Shown in pieces: positions 1 to 8,397 of a stretch of DNA of 64,000 bases (the first letter of the stretch is position 1; each line of letters opens with the position of its first letter). Both the position numbers and the translations under genes were made by a program. The stretch spans positions 1,051,141-1,115,140 of the forward strand of contig OX638324.1 in NCBI GenBank assembly GCA_951812825.1. The letters run 5' to 3'. The stretch comes from an uncultured Dehalococcoidia bacterium (GTDB taxonomy: Bacteria; Chloroflexota; Dehalococcoidia; Lucifugimonadales; GCA-2712585). The notes beneath the pieces were generated by a model, which was not told the origin of the DNA, searched no databases, and was given only the letters and a program-made list of their open reading frames with translations.

Positions 1-885
1 GTTGGGTCGGAGCACCCCTTGGCGGAGGCGGTGGTGCGTCGCGGCCGGGAAGAGGGCGTTGAATTCGCCGAGGTAACGGGGTTTGAGGCGCATCCGGGAC
101 TGGGAGTTGAGGCGCTGATGGAGGGCGAGAGGCTGCTGTTGGGCAACCAGGAGTTCCTTTCCACCAAGGGCCGTACGGTCAGCGAACTGGAGGCTCAGGC
201 AGCAGAACTGGCGTCGGAGGGAAAGACGGTAATGTACGTGGCCCGCGGGGACAGGGTGCTGGGGCTGCTAGCAGCATCGGACACGTTGAAGCCTGAGGCG
301 GAATCGGTGGTAGCGCACCTGAAGCAGCGGGGCCTGGAGGTAATTATACTGACCGGAGACAGGGAGGAGACGGCGCGGGCGGTTGCCGGATCCCTTGGCA
401 TCGAAGGAGTAACCGCGGGCGTACTGCCGGACCAGAAGGCGCTTCACGTGAAGGGGCTTCAGGAGAAGGGGAGGTGCGTGGCCATGGTGGGGGACGGAAT
501 CAACGATGCCCCGGCGCTGGCACAGGCAGACGTGAGCATTGCCATGGGAAGCGGGGCGGATACGGCGATGGAGACGTCGGGCGTGGTGCTGATGGGGAGC
601 GGCCTGGAAAGTCTGACGGCGGTGTTTGAACTCAGCAAGCGGACGCTGAGGGCAATTCGGCAGAACCTGTTCTGGGCCTTCTTCTACAATGCGGCGCTGG
701 TACCGGTGGCCATGGGGGTACTGTATCCTGTATTTCAACAGACGGGCGGAGTGCCCGAAGGATTGGAGTTCTTCTTTGGAGAGGTAGGGCTTCTCAACCC
801 GGTGCTGGCTGCACTGGCGATGGCCTTCAGTTCCGTCAGCGTGGTGAGCAATTCTCTGAGACTGAGAAGGTTGAGGTTATCCTGA
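1..885 (+). CDS. copA: Heavy-metal (Cu+-type) translocating P-type ATPase, C-terminal part (5' end lies outside the window)
   Basis: The ORF is open to the window edge. It has the P-type hinge motif GDGINDAPALAQADVSIAMGSGADTAMETSGVVLM, ILTGDREETA, and C-terminal TM helices. Confidence 0.85.
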   Translation, partial: VGSEHPLAEAVVRRGREEGVEFAEVTGFEAHPGLGVEALMEGERLLLGNQEFLSTKGRTVSELEAQAAELASEGKTVMYVARGDRVLGLLAASDTLKPEAESVVAHLKQRGLEVIILTGDREETARAVAGSLGIEGVTAGVLPDQKALHVKGLQEKGRCVAMVGDGINDAPALAQADVSIAMGSGADTAMETSGVVLMGSGLESLTAVFELSKRTLRAIRQNLFWAFFYNAALVPVAMGVLYPVFQQTGGVPEGLEFFFGEVGLLNPVLAALAMAFSSVSVVSNSLRLRRLRLS

Positions 886-886
886 C

Positions 887-1087
887 ATGATTGGAAAGCT
901 AAGGTCGATTTTCGGAAGGGGCGGGAACAGGGAAGAGGGAACGGCCGTGGACCCTGTCTGCAAGATGGTGGTTGAGAAGACGAACCCCTCTGGGGGTACG
1001 GCCGAATATCAGGAGGTGACGTACTACTTCTGCGCTCCGGGATGCCGAAAGACATTTCAGCAGAACCCGGAGAGGCATCTGGACTGA
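887..1087 (+). CDS. YHS/TRASH-type metal-binding domain protein
   Basis: DPVCKMVV...YYFCAPGCRKTFQQNP matches the YHS-domain pattern. It starts 2 nt after the copA stop. Confidence 0.7.
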   Translation: MIGKLRSIFGRGGNREEGTAVDPVCKMVVEKTNPSGGTAEYQEVTYYFCAPGCRKTFQQNPERHLD

Positions 1088-1119
1088 AGATAGAGACGAT
1101 TGCCCGGCCCAGATATCAA

Positions 1120-1148
1120 TTGAATGTTGGCGGTTGATTAGCTAGAAT
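1120..1148 (+). promoter_or_regulatory. Sigma70-type promoter candidate TTGAAT-17 nt-TAGAAT
   Basis: -35 TTGAAT at 1120-1125, exact 17-nt spacer, -10 TAGAAT at 1143-1148. It lies 35 nt upstream of the ATG at 1183. Confidence 0.45.
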
Positions 1149-1182
1149 AGGTATAGATTCTGAGCCGAGGGAGGCTGTGTCC

Positions 1183-1422
1183 ATGGCGGAGGTTGAAGCG
1201 CCCGAAATTGTAGTCTACACCCATCCGGACTGTGGATTTTCTACAGCAGTAAAGATTGACTATAACAACCGGGGCATTTCCTTCAGAGAGATAGATATCT
1301 CGGTGCACCCGGAGGCGATACCGGACTTGGAGAGGTTGACGGGTGGGGAACGGACGACGCCGGTGATTGTGCGGGGTGATGAGGTGACCATCGGCTTCAA
1401 CGGAATTGGTTGAAGTTTTTAA
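1183..1422 (+). CDS. Glutaredoxin-like protein (CGFS site) ending U-S-F-stop if TGA 1411-1413 is read as selenocysteine
   Basis: Thioredoxin-fold pattern VVYTHPDCGFS...TTPVIVRGDEVTIGFNG. SD GGGAGG lies 8 nt before the ATG at 1183. The ORF track ends at TGA 1411, but AGT TTT TAA follows in frame and a hairpin follows that. Confidence 0.6.
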
Positions 1423-1424
1423 GC

Positions 1425-1443
1425 GTCGGGCCGTTGGCTCGAC
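1425..1443 (+). promoter_or_regulatory. SECIS-like hairpin candidate downstream of TGA 1411
   Basis: GTCGGGC-CGTTG-GCTCGAC forms a 7-bp stem including one G-U pair. It starts 14 nt after the TGA and has a G/U-containing loop. Confidence 0.4.
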
Positions 1444-1546
1444 ACATCGGAAGTCACTTTTCGGCAGAGAAAAAGGCGGTTGGGTGGTTGAGGGAGTATT
1501 GACATCAAGCAGGGGCGCCCTTAGGATTTTGGTTGTAACTTTTCGC

Positions 1547-1624
1547 GGCCCGGTGGTGTAGTTGGCCTAACATACCGCCCTGTCAAGGCGGAGATCGGCG
1601 GTTCGAATCCGCTCCGGGTCGCCA
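1547..1624 (+). tRNA. tRNA-Asp (GTC)
   Basis: Cloverleaf folded by hand: acceptor GGCCCGG/CCGGGTC, anticodon stem CCGCC/GGCGG with loop CTGTCAA, T-loop TTCGAAT, discriminator G, encoded CCA. Confidence 0.9.
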
Positions 1625-1922
1625 CTTTCCGCGTTTGGCGCAAATTCAGTATACGTGCGCAATCCATGCCTGCGAATTCGCCCGAGGTCTTTTCCCTTTC
1701 GCTAGAATTCCGCAGTCACACATGATGGGTTGAGCATAGTAGCAGCCACAGGGTGGCGCACAACGGCGCTGGCGACTATGGATGAAGGCGCAACCATATG
1801 CTTCTAAGTGTTTTATATACGACAAAAGTTGTTGTATAATCCCGCTTGCGAGACTCTATATCTCAATTCGGCCCAGGGCTGAGGGGGAGATACGAGTAAA
1901 CTTGAGGAGGTAAATGTAAAGG

Positions 1923-3011
1923 ATGGTTTTCAAAAGAGCAGTCATAATTCTCGTTGTCTTGGCGGCCATGGTTGCCGTGTTTGCTGCTTGCGCATCTGAA
2001 GAGGATGAAGGGGATGGAGGGGAAACGGCGCAGGAGGCCACGGGCAGCCGCCTACAAGCGATTCAGGAGCGAGGAAGGGTTGTTTGCGCGAACAACGACA
2101 GCCTTGCGGGCTTCGGCTTCCTGGATGATGCCGGAAACACGACGGGCTTCGACGTTGATCTGTGCCGGGCCGTTGCTGCGGCGGTGCTAGGGAATGCAAA
2201 CGCGGTAGAGTTCCGAACTACTACTGCGGCGGAGCGCGGACCTTCCATGCAGTCGGGTGAAATTGACATGATGTCGAGGAACACCACGTGGACATCGTCC
2301 CGCGACGCGACGTGGGGCGACTTTGCGCCGACGATGTTCTACGACGGACAGGGCTTCATTGTTCGGAAGGCGGACAATATATCGAGCGCACTTGAGCTGG
2401 AAGGCGCGAGCGTCTGTGTTCTGAAGGGTACAACCACTGAGTTGAACCTGCAGGACTTCGACACGCAGAACAGCATGAACCTCACGATTGTGCCTTTCGA
2501 GGACAACACCAGCGCGAACGAGGCTTACCTGGCAGGCCAGTGTGATGCGCTCACCACAGACCAATCCGGTCTGGTGGCCAACGCGTCCGGTTTCCCGGAC
2601 CCGAGCGCCCATGTGATTCTGCCTGAGACGATTTCCGAGGAGCCGCTGGGCACTGTGGTACCCCACGGTGACGACCAGTGGTATGACATTGTGAAGTCCG
2701 TGATGGCGATGCTCATATACGCCGAGGCCTTCGGCATCCATTCTGGCAACGTGCCTTCGGCTGAGACGGGAGACACGGCGATCGACAGGCTATTCGGACT
2801 GTCCGGGAGCTACGGTCAGGACGCGATGGGACTGAAGGATACGGCGGCCCAGGACGTAATCCGGCAGGTAGGGAACTACGGCCAGATCTTCGACCTGCAT
2901 CTGACTCCTCTCGGGTTGGTGCGAGACGGCAGCAGGAACGCCCTGTGGAACGACGCTCCCTGCACAGCCTGCCCGAAGGGCGGACAGATATACGCCGCGC
3001 CGCTTAGATAG
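1923..3011 (+). CDS. aapJ: General amino-acid ABC transporter substrate-binding lipoprotein
   Basis: Lipobox VFAACASEE. Family-3 SBP pattern VVCANNDSLAGFGF...GFDVDLCRAVAAAVLG...GEIDMMSRNTTWT. Confidence 0.8.
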   Translation: MVFKRAVIILVVLAAMVAVFAACASEEDEGDGGETAQEATGSRLQAIQERGRVVCANNDSLAGFGFLDDAGNTTGFDVDLCRAVAAAVLGNANAVEFRTTTAAERGPSMQSGEIDMMSRNTTWTSSRDATWGDFAPTMFYDGQGFIVRKADNISSALELEGASVCVLKGTTTELNLQDFDTQNSMNLTIVPFEDNTSANEAYLAGQCDALTTDQSGLVANASGFPDPSAHVILPETISEEPLGTVVPHGDDQWYDIVKSVMAMLIYAEAFGIHSGNVPSAETGDTAIDRLFGLSGSYGQDAMGLKDTAAQDVIRQVGNYGQIFDLHLTPLGLVRDGSRNALWNDAPCTACPKGGQIYAAPLR

Positions 3012-3135
3012 GACGAACATGATGAGCGGTTGAGGCGCTCTACAAGGAAAACCTTCATGAGAAGAGCCGCCAACTGGCGGCTCTTCTGCATTGACTAGCC
3101 TTGTGTAAGGGCCTATATTCCCCGCCAGAGGCCCG

Positions 3136-4353
3136 ATGATTATGCCCGCTTTTTTGCGAAACCTGACATACGAAGGAGTGCCGGTCTGGAGGCACGCCCG
3201 GATTGTTCAGTGGGCGTTCCAGATAGTTTCCGGCGTTGCGGCGGTGTCCCTGGTCATCTGGTTCATCGCCAACATCGGTTTAGCCATCGACTCGCGGAAC
3301 ATTCCCTTCGGGTTCGGTTTCCTCGATACTGAATATCAAACGCCCATAGGGGAGCACGTCATTCCCTATGATCCGTCGAATACGTACCTCTACGCCCTTG
3401 TGGTGGCGGCGATGAATACGCTGGTGGTTGCCGTGTTCGGCATTATCCTGGCAACGATTCTGGGCATCCTAATCGGGGTGGCGCGGCTGTCGAGCAACTG
3501 GCTAGTGTCGAAGCTGGCCCTTGTCTACGTGGAGTTTTTCCGAAACGTGCCGCTGCTGGTGCAGCTGCTGTTCTGGTTCTTCATCATACTGGCGCTGCCG
3601 CCGGTGCGGGAAGGGATCGTCCTGCTTGACGCCCTGTACGTGAACAACAGCGGAATTTCGGTGCCGGGGCCATCGGGGTTCAGCAGCGGGGCGATGCTGG
3701 TGATATGGATGGCACTGGCGATAGCGGGGATAGCCCTGGGGGTGTTAGTCCACCGCAAACTGGCTGAGCGAGAACTGGCGGTGGGCGGCGTTGCCCATCC
3801 CGTGCTGGCCGGCTGGGCCGTGGCGATTGCAGTGATTGTTGGCTCGTGGCTTATACTGAGCGTTGTGACTGGCACGTCTCCGATAGAATGGTCTGCGCCC
3901 GCACCGGAAGGACGATTCGGGAGGATTGCCGGAGGAATTACGCTGAGGGCGGGGATGCTGGTAGTGCTGGCAGGCCTGGTTATGTATACGGCGGCGTTCA
4001 TTGCGGAGATAGTACGGGGAGGAATCCAGTCCGTCGGCAAGGGACAGGTGGAGGCGGGACGGGCGCTGGGGCTAACCCCGATGGGCGCCCTTCGCTCCGT
4101 CATCTTTCCACAGGCCCTGCGGGTGATTATTCCGCCGCTCATCAGCCAGTATCTGAATTTGACGAAGAACAGCAGCCTGGGCGGCGCAGTGGGATTCCCG
4201 GAGCTGACCGGGGTGGGTATCACGATGACGCAGAGGGAGCCGGCGATATCCATCTTCATCCTTATCATGCTGTCATACCTGGCAATGAGTTTGACGTGGT
4301 CACTGATGGGGAATCTGTACAACCGATATATCAGCTTTGAGAGAAGCCGTTGA
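3136..4353 (+). CDS. aapQ: Amino-acid ABC transporter permease (AapQ/BztB-like)
   Basis: Polytopic membrane protein with EAA-loop region GQVEAGRALGLTPMGALRSVIFPQALRVIIPPL. Confidence 0.8.
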   Translation: MIMPAFLRNLTYEGVPVWRHARIVQWAFQIVSGVAAVSLVIWFIANIGLAIDSRNIPFGFGFLDTEYQTPIGEHVIPYDPSNTYLYALVVAAMNTLVVAVFGIILATILGILIGVARLSSNWLVSKLALVYVEFFRNVPLLVQLLFWFFIILALPPVREGIVLLDALYVNNSGISVPGPSGFSSGAMLVIWMALAIAGIALGVLVHRKLAERELAVGGVAHPVLAGWAVAIAVIVGSWLILSVVTGTSPIEWSAPAPEGRFGRIAGGITLRAGMLVVLAGLVMYTAAFIAEIVRGGIQSVGKGQVEAGRALGLTPMGALRSVIFPQALRVIIPPLISQYLNLTKNSSLGGAVGFPELTGVGITMTQREPAISIFILIMLSYLAMSLTWSLMGNLYNRYISFERSR

Positions 4354-5600
4354 CGACGAACCCGACAAACGGAAGCAGCCCGGCACCCGCACTGCCGCCT
4401 CCAGTTCTGGAGAGGGGAGCAGTGGGGTGGGCGCGCGCCAACCTGCTCAACAGCCGGTTCAATACGGCTTTGACCGTAATCGTGGGGATCACGCTCGTCT
4501 TAGTGCTGTGGTTTGCGATTCGATGGATCTTCGAGGCGGATTGGGCGGTGGTGGCCAACGTGGGAGGGCGTTTCCTAATCGGGAATTACAACAGCGACCA
4601 GGCATGTCCCGGGAATGACTGCTTCTGGAGGCCGCAGGTCAGTCTGATGATGGTGACGTTCCTGATGGGGATGGGATGGGGCGTCGCCGGGTCGAAGCTG
4701 ATGCGCAACCTGGCGCTGATAACGGTGGGGGCGTGCGTAGTTCTGGCGTTTCTGCCCTACAGCGCCGAGAGGATGGGGATGGATGTGAGGATGCTGCTGG
4801 TGGCCAACGTGGCCAGCATGGCGGGAGGCTGGGCCTTTGCTCGATACACGAGGTTCGGAACCGTTAAGTGGGTGGTAATTCTCAGCGTGGTGGTGTTCAT
4901 CCTTTCGCTGGTTGTGCTGCAGGGGGCATCGTTCCTCGGCATCCAAGCGGTGGACAGCAGGCAGTGGTCGGGTCTACAGCTAAACCTGATCCTGGCGATA
5001 GTGGGGATTGTGCTCAGCTTGCCCATCGGGATTCTGCTGGCGTTAGGGCGCCGGAGCCACCTGCCGGTGGTGAAGTGGCTGTGCGTGACGTTCATTGAGG
5101 TGTTCCGCGGGGTGCCGCTGATTACGCTTCTGTTCATGTCGCAGCACCTGGTGCCGTTGGCGTTTCCAGCGACATTCCCGAGGAATGACCTGTTCAACGC
5201 CGGCGTGGTGATCATGCTGTTCAGCTCCGCTTACATGGCGGAGAACATACGAGGGGGGCTGCAGGCGCTGCATCCGGGACAGGCGGAGGCGGCACGGGCC
5301 TTGGGGCTGGCAAGCTGGCAGACGACGCTGTTCATTTCTCTGCCGCAGGCGATTCGGAACGTGATTCCCGCCATCGTGGGGCAGTTCATCAGCCTGTTCA
5401 AGGATACGAGCCTGGTTTACATTATCGGGATGTTGGACATAGTGAACATCGCGCGGAAGGCGGTGGAGGGCAGGGTGGAATTCCAGGGGGCGGCGCCTGA
5501 GATATTCCTGTTTGTTGGCATCGTGTTCTGGATATTCACCTACACGATGTCTTACGTGAGCCGGCGGATTGAGCGCAACCTGGGAGTGGGGGACCGGTAG
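4350..5600 (+). CDS. aapM: Amino-acid ABC transporter permease (AapM/BztC-like)
   Basis: EAA-loop GQAEAARALGLASWQTTLFISLPQAIRNVIPAI. There is a 4-nt overlap with the upstream permease. Confidence 0.8.
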   Translation: MTTNPTNGSSPAPALPPPVLERGAVGWARANLLNSRFNTALTVIVGITLVLVLWFAIRWIFEADWAVVANVGGRFLIGNYNSDQACPGNDCFWRPQVSLMMVTFLMGMGWGVAGSKLMRNLALITVGACVVLAFLPYSAERMGMDVRMLLVANVASMAGGWAFARYTRFGTVKWVVILSVVVFILSLVVLQGASFLGIQAVDSRQWSGLQLNLILAIVGIVLSLPIGILLALGRRSHLPVVKWLCVTFIEVFRGVPLITLLFMSQHLVPLAFPATFPRNDLFNAGVVIMLFSSAYMAENIRGGLQALHPGQAEAARALGLASWQTTLFISLPQAIRNVIPAIVGQFISLFKDTSLVYIIGMLDIVNIARKAVEGRVEFQGAAPEIFLFVGIVFWIFTYTMSYVSRRIERNLGVGDR

Positions 5601-5675
5601 GGACGGGCGACGGGGGGCTAGATGACGACCGATGTCTTCATTAGGTGAAAGGACTGGGAAAGAGGGGATTGGGGA

Positions 5676-5751
5676 TGGCTCCCGAGGCAGGACTCGAACC
5701 TGCGACCTAGCGGTTAACAGCCGCTTGCTCTACCAACTGAGCTACTCGGGA
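5676..5751 (-). tRNA. tRNA-Asn (GTT)
   Basis: The reverse complement folds as a 76-nt cloverleaf: acceptor TCCCGAG/CTCGGGA, anticodon loop CTGTTAA, T-loop TTCGAGT, encoded CCA. Confidence 0.9.
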
Positions 5752-5788
5752 ACGGTGGGGTCAGCCGGGGCTTCGTAAAGCCTTCAAA

Positions 5789-5818
5789 ATTGTACCACCA
5801 GTTGAACAGTGTCCTCAA
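5789..5818 (-). promoter_or_regulatory. Promoter candidate for tRNA-Asn (TTGAGG-18 nt-TGgTACAAT)
   Basis: On the minus strand: -35 TTGAGG (5813-5818), extended -10 TGGTACAAT (-10 hexamer at 5789-5794). It lies about 30 nt upstream of the tRNA 5' end. Confidence 0.35.
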
Positions 5819-5823
5819 GGCGA

Positions 5824-6956
5824 TGTACTCGTTCAGTACATGTGAGACAGATTAGAAGGGACCAAGGATGGGTGGCACTGGAGAAGATACTGCAAAGGGG
5901 TTAGTCCGTCCAGGGAGTGATGAGGTCGGAAGGTGTCGTAGATTTGCTCCCATTTGAGCAGAGCCCGGTTGAGGGTAGAGACATCCAGTTCGCCATCATA
6001 GAGCTCGTAGAACTCTTCGGTATGAGTACGCTGGGCCCGCTCCACATGGCCGTTGAGCTTGGGAGAGCGCGGCGGCAGTATGAAGAGTTTGATATCGAAC
6101 TTCTGGCAAGCGGTCTCGAAGTCCGCCATGAACTCGGAGCCTCCATCCACCTGAACTGCCTTGATGGGGAAGGGAAACCGTCGCCGCATGGACTCAAGGA
6201 ACCGGGCCGCCAGTGTGGACGTGGCCCTTGTGTGCACCTCCAGCACGTCCCACCTGGAGACCATGTCCCGAGCGGTGAAGTGTTTGAGCACCATGCCAGG
6301 CAGAGGGCGCACGTCCAAAGTGTCCACCTGCACGATGTCCCCCGGTTCTATGACCTGATACTCCCTCGGCTTCCGTACCCCATAGGGACGCGGACGCGTG
6401 CGCCTACGGGCCGATATACCGTCACGGGGCGGCTCTTTCAACACCCCACGGGCCTTCAAGCGAGTCAGAATGCGGCCCACCATGGATGTGGACACCTCCC
6501 AGCCCTTATCCCTGAGCAACGGCGCCAGCTTGTCCTTCCCCCATCTAGGATACTCTTCCCTCAGCTTTAGCACTGCCCTAGCTAACTCAACAGTCCACGT
6601 AGGCCGCCTCACCCTCTTGGGTCGTCGACTCTTGTCTACTAAGCCCGCCGGCCCTTCCTCCCTGAGGGCTTTGTCCCACCGGTACAGGCTACAGCGTGAC
6701 AGTCCCAGTGCCTCTGCTGCTTCCGTTGCCGTCACTCCCCGTTGCCTCAATCTATTCCAGCCACTCACCCACCTCATCCGATCTTGCGCTTTCAACGTCA
6801 GCTGTGCTGGTGTCCTCTTCGAAAGCTGATAGAATGATTTGGGTAGTCCTACTACCCTCATGAAAGGGACCTCCTTCGGTCTATCTCACCCAAAGGATGG
6901 TCCCTTTCTATTTCCCTTACAACTCCATACGTCTCATATCTATCTGAACGAGATCA
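5824..6956 (-). mobile_element. IS481-family-like insertion sequence (copy 1)
   Basis: Imperfect terminal inverted repeats: TGTACTCGTTCAG...GTGAGAC at 5824 onward and GTCTCA...CTGAACGAGATCA ending at 6956. They enclose a single DDE transposase gene. No clear target-site duplication was seen. Confidence 0.7.
5833..6861 (-). CDS. IS481-like DDE (rve/integrase-core) transposase
   Basis: N-terminal HTH (ATEAAEALGLSRCSLYRW). Catalytic blocks VQVDTLDV, QVDGGSEF and PKLNGHVERAQRT. Confidence 0.85.
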   Translation of the reverse strand: MRVVGLPKSFYQLSKRTPAQLTLKAQDRMRWVSGWNRLRQRGVTATEAAEALGLSRCSLYRWDKALREEGPAGLVDKSRRPKRVRRPTWTVELARAVLKLREEYPRWGKDKLAPLLRDKGWEVSTSMVGRILTRLKARGVLKEPPRDGISARRRTRPRPYGVRKPREYQVIEPGDIVQVDTLDVRPLPGMVLKHFTARDMVSRWDVLEVHTRATSTLAARFLESMRRRFPFPIKAVQVDGGSEFMADFETACQKFDIKLFILPPRSPKLNGHVERAQRTHTEEFYELYDGELDVSTLNRALLKWEQIYDTFRPHHSLDGLTPLQYLLQCHPSLVPSNLSHMY

Positions 6957-6966
6957 GTGGGGGGGT

Positions 6967-7100
6967 CATTGCATGACGGCAGGTTTGGGGAGTTGGGCTT
7001 GGGGGGCATTGCGTGACGGCAGGTTTGGGGAGTTGGGCTTGGGGGAGGTGTTTGGTGTAGGCGCGTGGGTGACTGCGTGACGGCAGTCATTGCATGACGG
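6967..7100 (+). repeat. Tandem ~40-nt repeat (2 full units plus a rearranged third) abutting the IS end
   Basis: CATTGC(A/G)TGACGGCAGGTTTGGGGAGTTGGGCTTGGGGGG occurs at 6967-7006 and 7007-7045. A partial copy at 7071-7100 contains the palindromes GACTGC-GTGACG-GCAGTC and GTCAT-TGC-ATGAC. Confidence 0.8.
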
Positions 7101-7127
7101 GAAAGGATGTTGAGAACGGGGGTGGGG

Positions 7128-7242
7128 GAGGGCGGTTCGCTAACCGCCCCTACGAAAGATGGGAGGGGGAGTTGGGGTGGATCAGCGGCGAGACCCTTCG
7201 GCTGCGCTCAGGGTGATCTTTCCCCCATCGAGGGGGAAGAGG
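7128..7242 (+). repeat. Intergenic repeat cluster: modules B, G-run, A (diverged), C (short)
   Basis: GAGGGCGGTTCGCTAACCGCCCCTACG (B), GCGAGACCCTTCGGCTGCGCTCAGGGTGATC (A variant), TTTCCCCCATCGAGGGGGAAGAGG (C core). Confidence 0.7.
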
Positions 7243-7312
7243 CTTGTTGGCGTCCTTGACAGGGTCATTCAAAGGTCTCCATCAGGGGGAAAGGGTGAAG
7301 GAGAGGAGGGGG

Positions 7313-7321
7313 TGGTATAAT
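7313..7321 (+). promoter_or_regulatory. Extended -10 promoter element TGgTATAAT upstream of selD
   Basis: Perfect TATAAT at 7316-7321, preceded by TG at 7313-7314. It lies 27 nt upstream of the selD ATG. No good -35 was seen. Confidence 0.4.
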
Positions 7322-7347
7322 CGCTGCATCTTGAGATTCGGGAGTGG

Positions 7348-8397
7348 ATGATGCAGGTAGAGAGCGTTCGATTAACTTCGCTTGCCAATTGCGCGGGTTG
7401 AGCTTCCAAGTTCAGTCATGAAGACCTGGTGCAGGTCTTGGAGAAGCTACCCACGTTCTCGGACCCCAACCTGCTGGTGGGGTTCGAGTCGGGGGACGAC
7501 GCGGCGGTATACAAGCTGAATGACCGGCAGGCGCTGATATTCACGGTGGATTTTTTCCCTCCTGTGGTGGACGACCCGTTCTCCTTCGGGGCGGTGGCGG
7601 CGGCAAACTCCTTCAGCGACGTGTACGCAATGGGTGGAACGCCTATCTGCGCGCTGAACATTGTGGGGTTTCCGGTGGACCTGCCCAAGGAGATACTGTC
7701 GGAGATTATGCTCGGGGGATATACGAAGGCACAGGAGGCGGGTTGCCTGATAGCAGGAGGGCACACGGTGGACGACCAGGAGCCGAAATACGGGCTGGCG
7801 GTGGTGGGGCTGGTTGAGCCAGACCTGCAGGTCACGAACGCAGGGGCTCAAGCAGGGGACGTGCTTGTGCTGACGAAGCCCCTGGGGACGGGGATCATCA
7901 CCACGGCGGGGAAGCAGGGAGTGGTGGATGCTCAGGTGCTGGAGGAGGGAGTGAGGATTATGTCCACGCTCAACGCGTCGGCGTCGAAGGCCATGATGAA
8001 GGTAGGAGTGAACTCGGCGACGGACGTGACGGGGTTCGGGCTGGTGGGGCACCTGCGTGGGATGATGGCGGCGAGCGGGACAACGGCAAGGGTTGAGTTC
8101 TCGCGGGTGCCGGTGATTGACGGAGCGTGGGAACTGCTGGAGTCAGGAGTTGCGCCGGGGGGTACCCATCGAAATCTGGAGGGAGTGGGGAGCCAGGTTG
8201 CGTGGGATGGGGAGATTACTGGGAATCAGAGGTTGCTGCTGTGCGACGCTCAGACGTCGGGAGGGCTGCTGATTTCGGCGCCTGAGGGGTGTAGGGACGA
8301 CCTGCTGAGGGAGCTGGAAGCCCAGGGGGTTGAGGGATCAGTAGTTATTGGGGAGGTCCAAGAGGCGGGGGACTATCCGATAGAGGTAACGCCCTAA
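7348..8397 (+). CDS. selD: Selenide, water dikinase (selenophosphate synthetase), with in-frame TGA (7399-7401) read as Sec
   Basis: The ORF track starts at GTG 7429. The frame is open back to ATG 7348 except for one TGA, giving MMQVESVRLTSLANCAGUASKFSHEDLVQVL. This aligns with E. coli SelD [21 protein letters not shown], with U at the Cys17 position and K at the Lys20 position. The rest is typical SelD (DDAAVY, VDFF, GGHTVDD). Confidence 0.85.
7421..7439 (+). promoter_or_regulatory. SECIS-like hairpin candidate downstream of the selD TGA
   Basis: AAGACC-TGGTGCA-GGTCTT forms a 6-bp stem with a 7-nt loop containing GGU. It starts 20 nt after the TGA. Confidence 0.45.

Noticed and set aside
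1635-1646. Recurrent TTGGCGCAAAT-like motif: 1635-1646, 54586-54596, 63664-63674 (minus strand), with looser versions at 14818, 17712 and 63783.
   Set aside because: It is too short and variable, and its distances to start codons are inconsistent. It does not fit the sigma54 consensus. I cannot distinguish it from chance without a genome-wide enrichment test.
6967-7100. Possible CRISPR array.
   Set aside because: The repeat units are contiguous with no unique spacers. There are only 2-3 units and no cas genes in the window.
8394-8397. Convergent selD and thiS overlap at their stop codons (TAA 8395-8397 against TAG 8394-8396 on the opposite strand), with no terminator between them.
   Set aside because: The observation is real but ordinary for compact genomes. 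There is no evidence of functional coupling.
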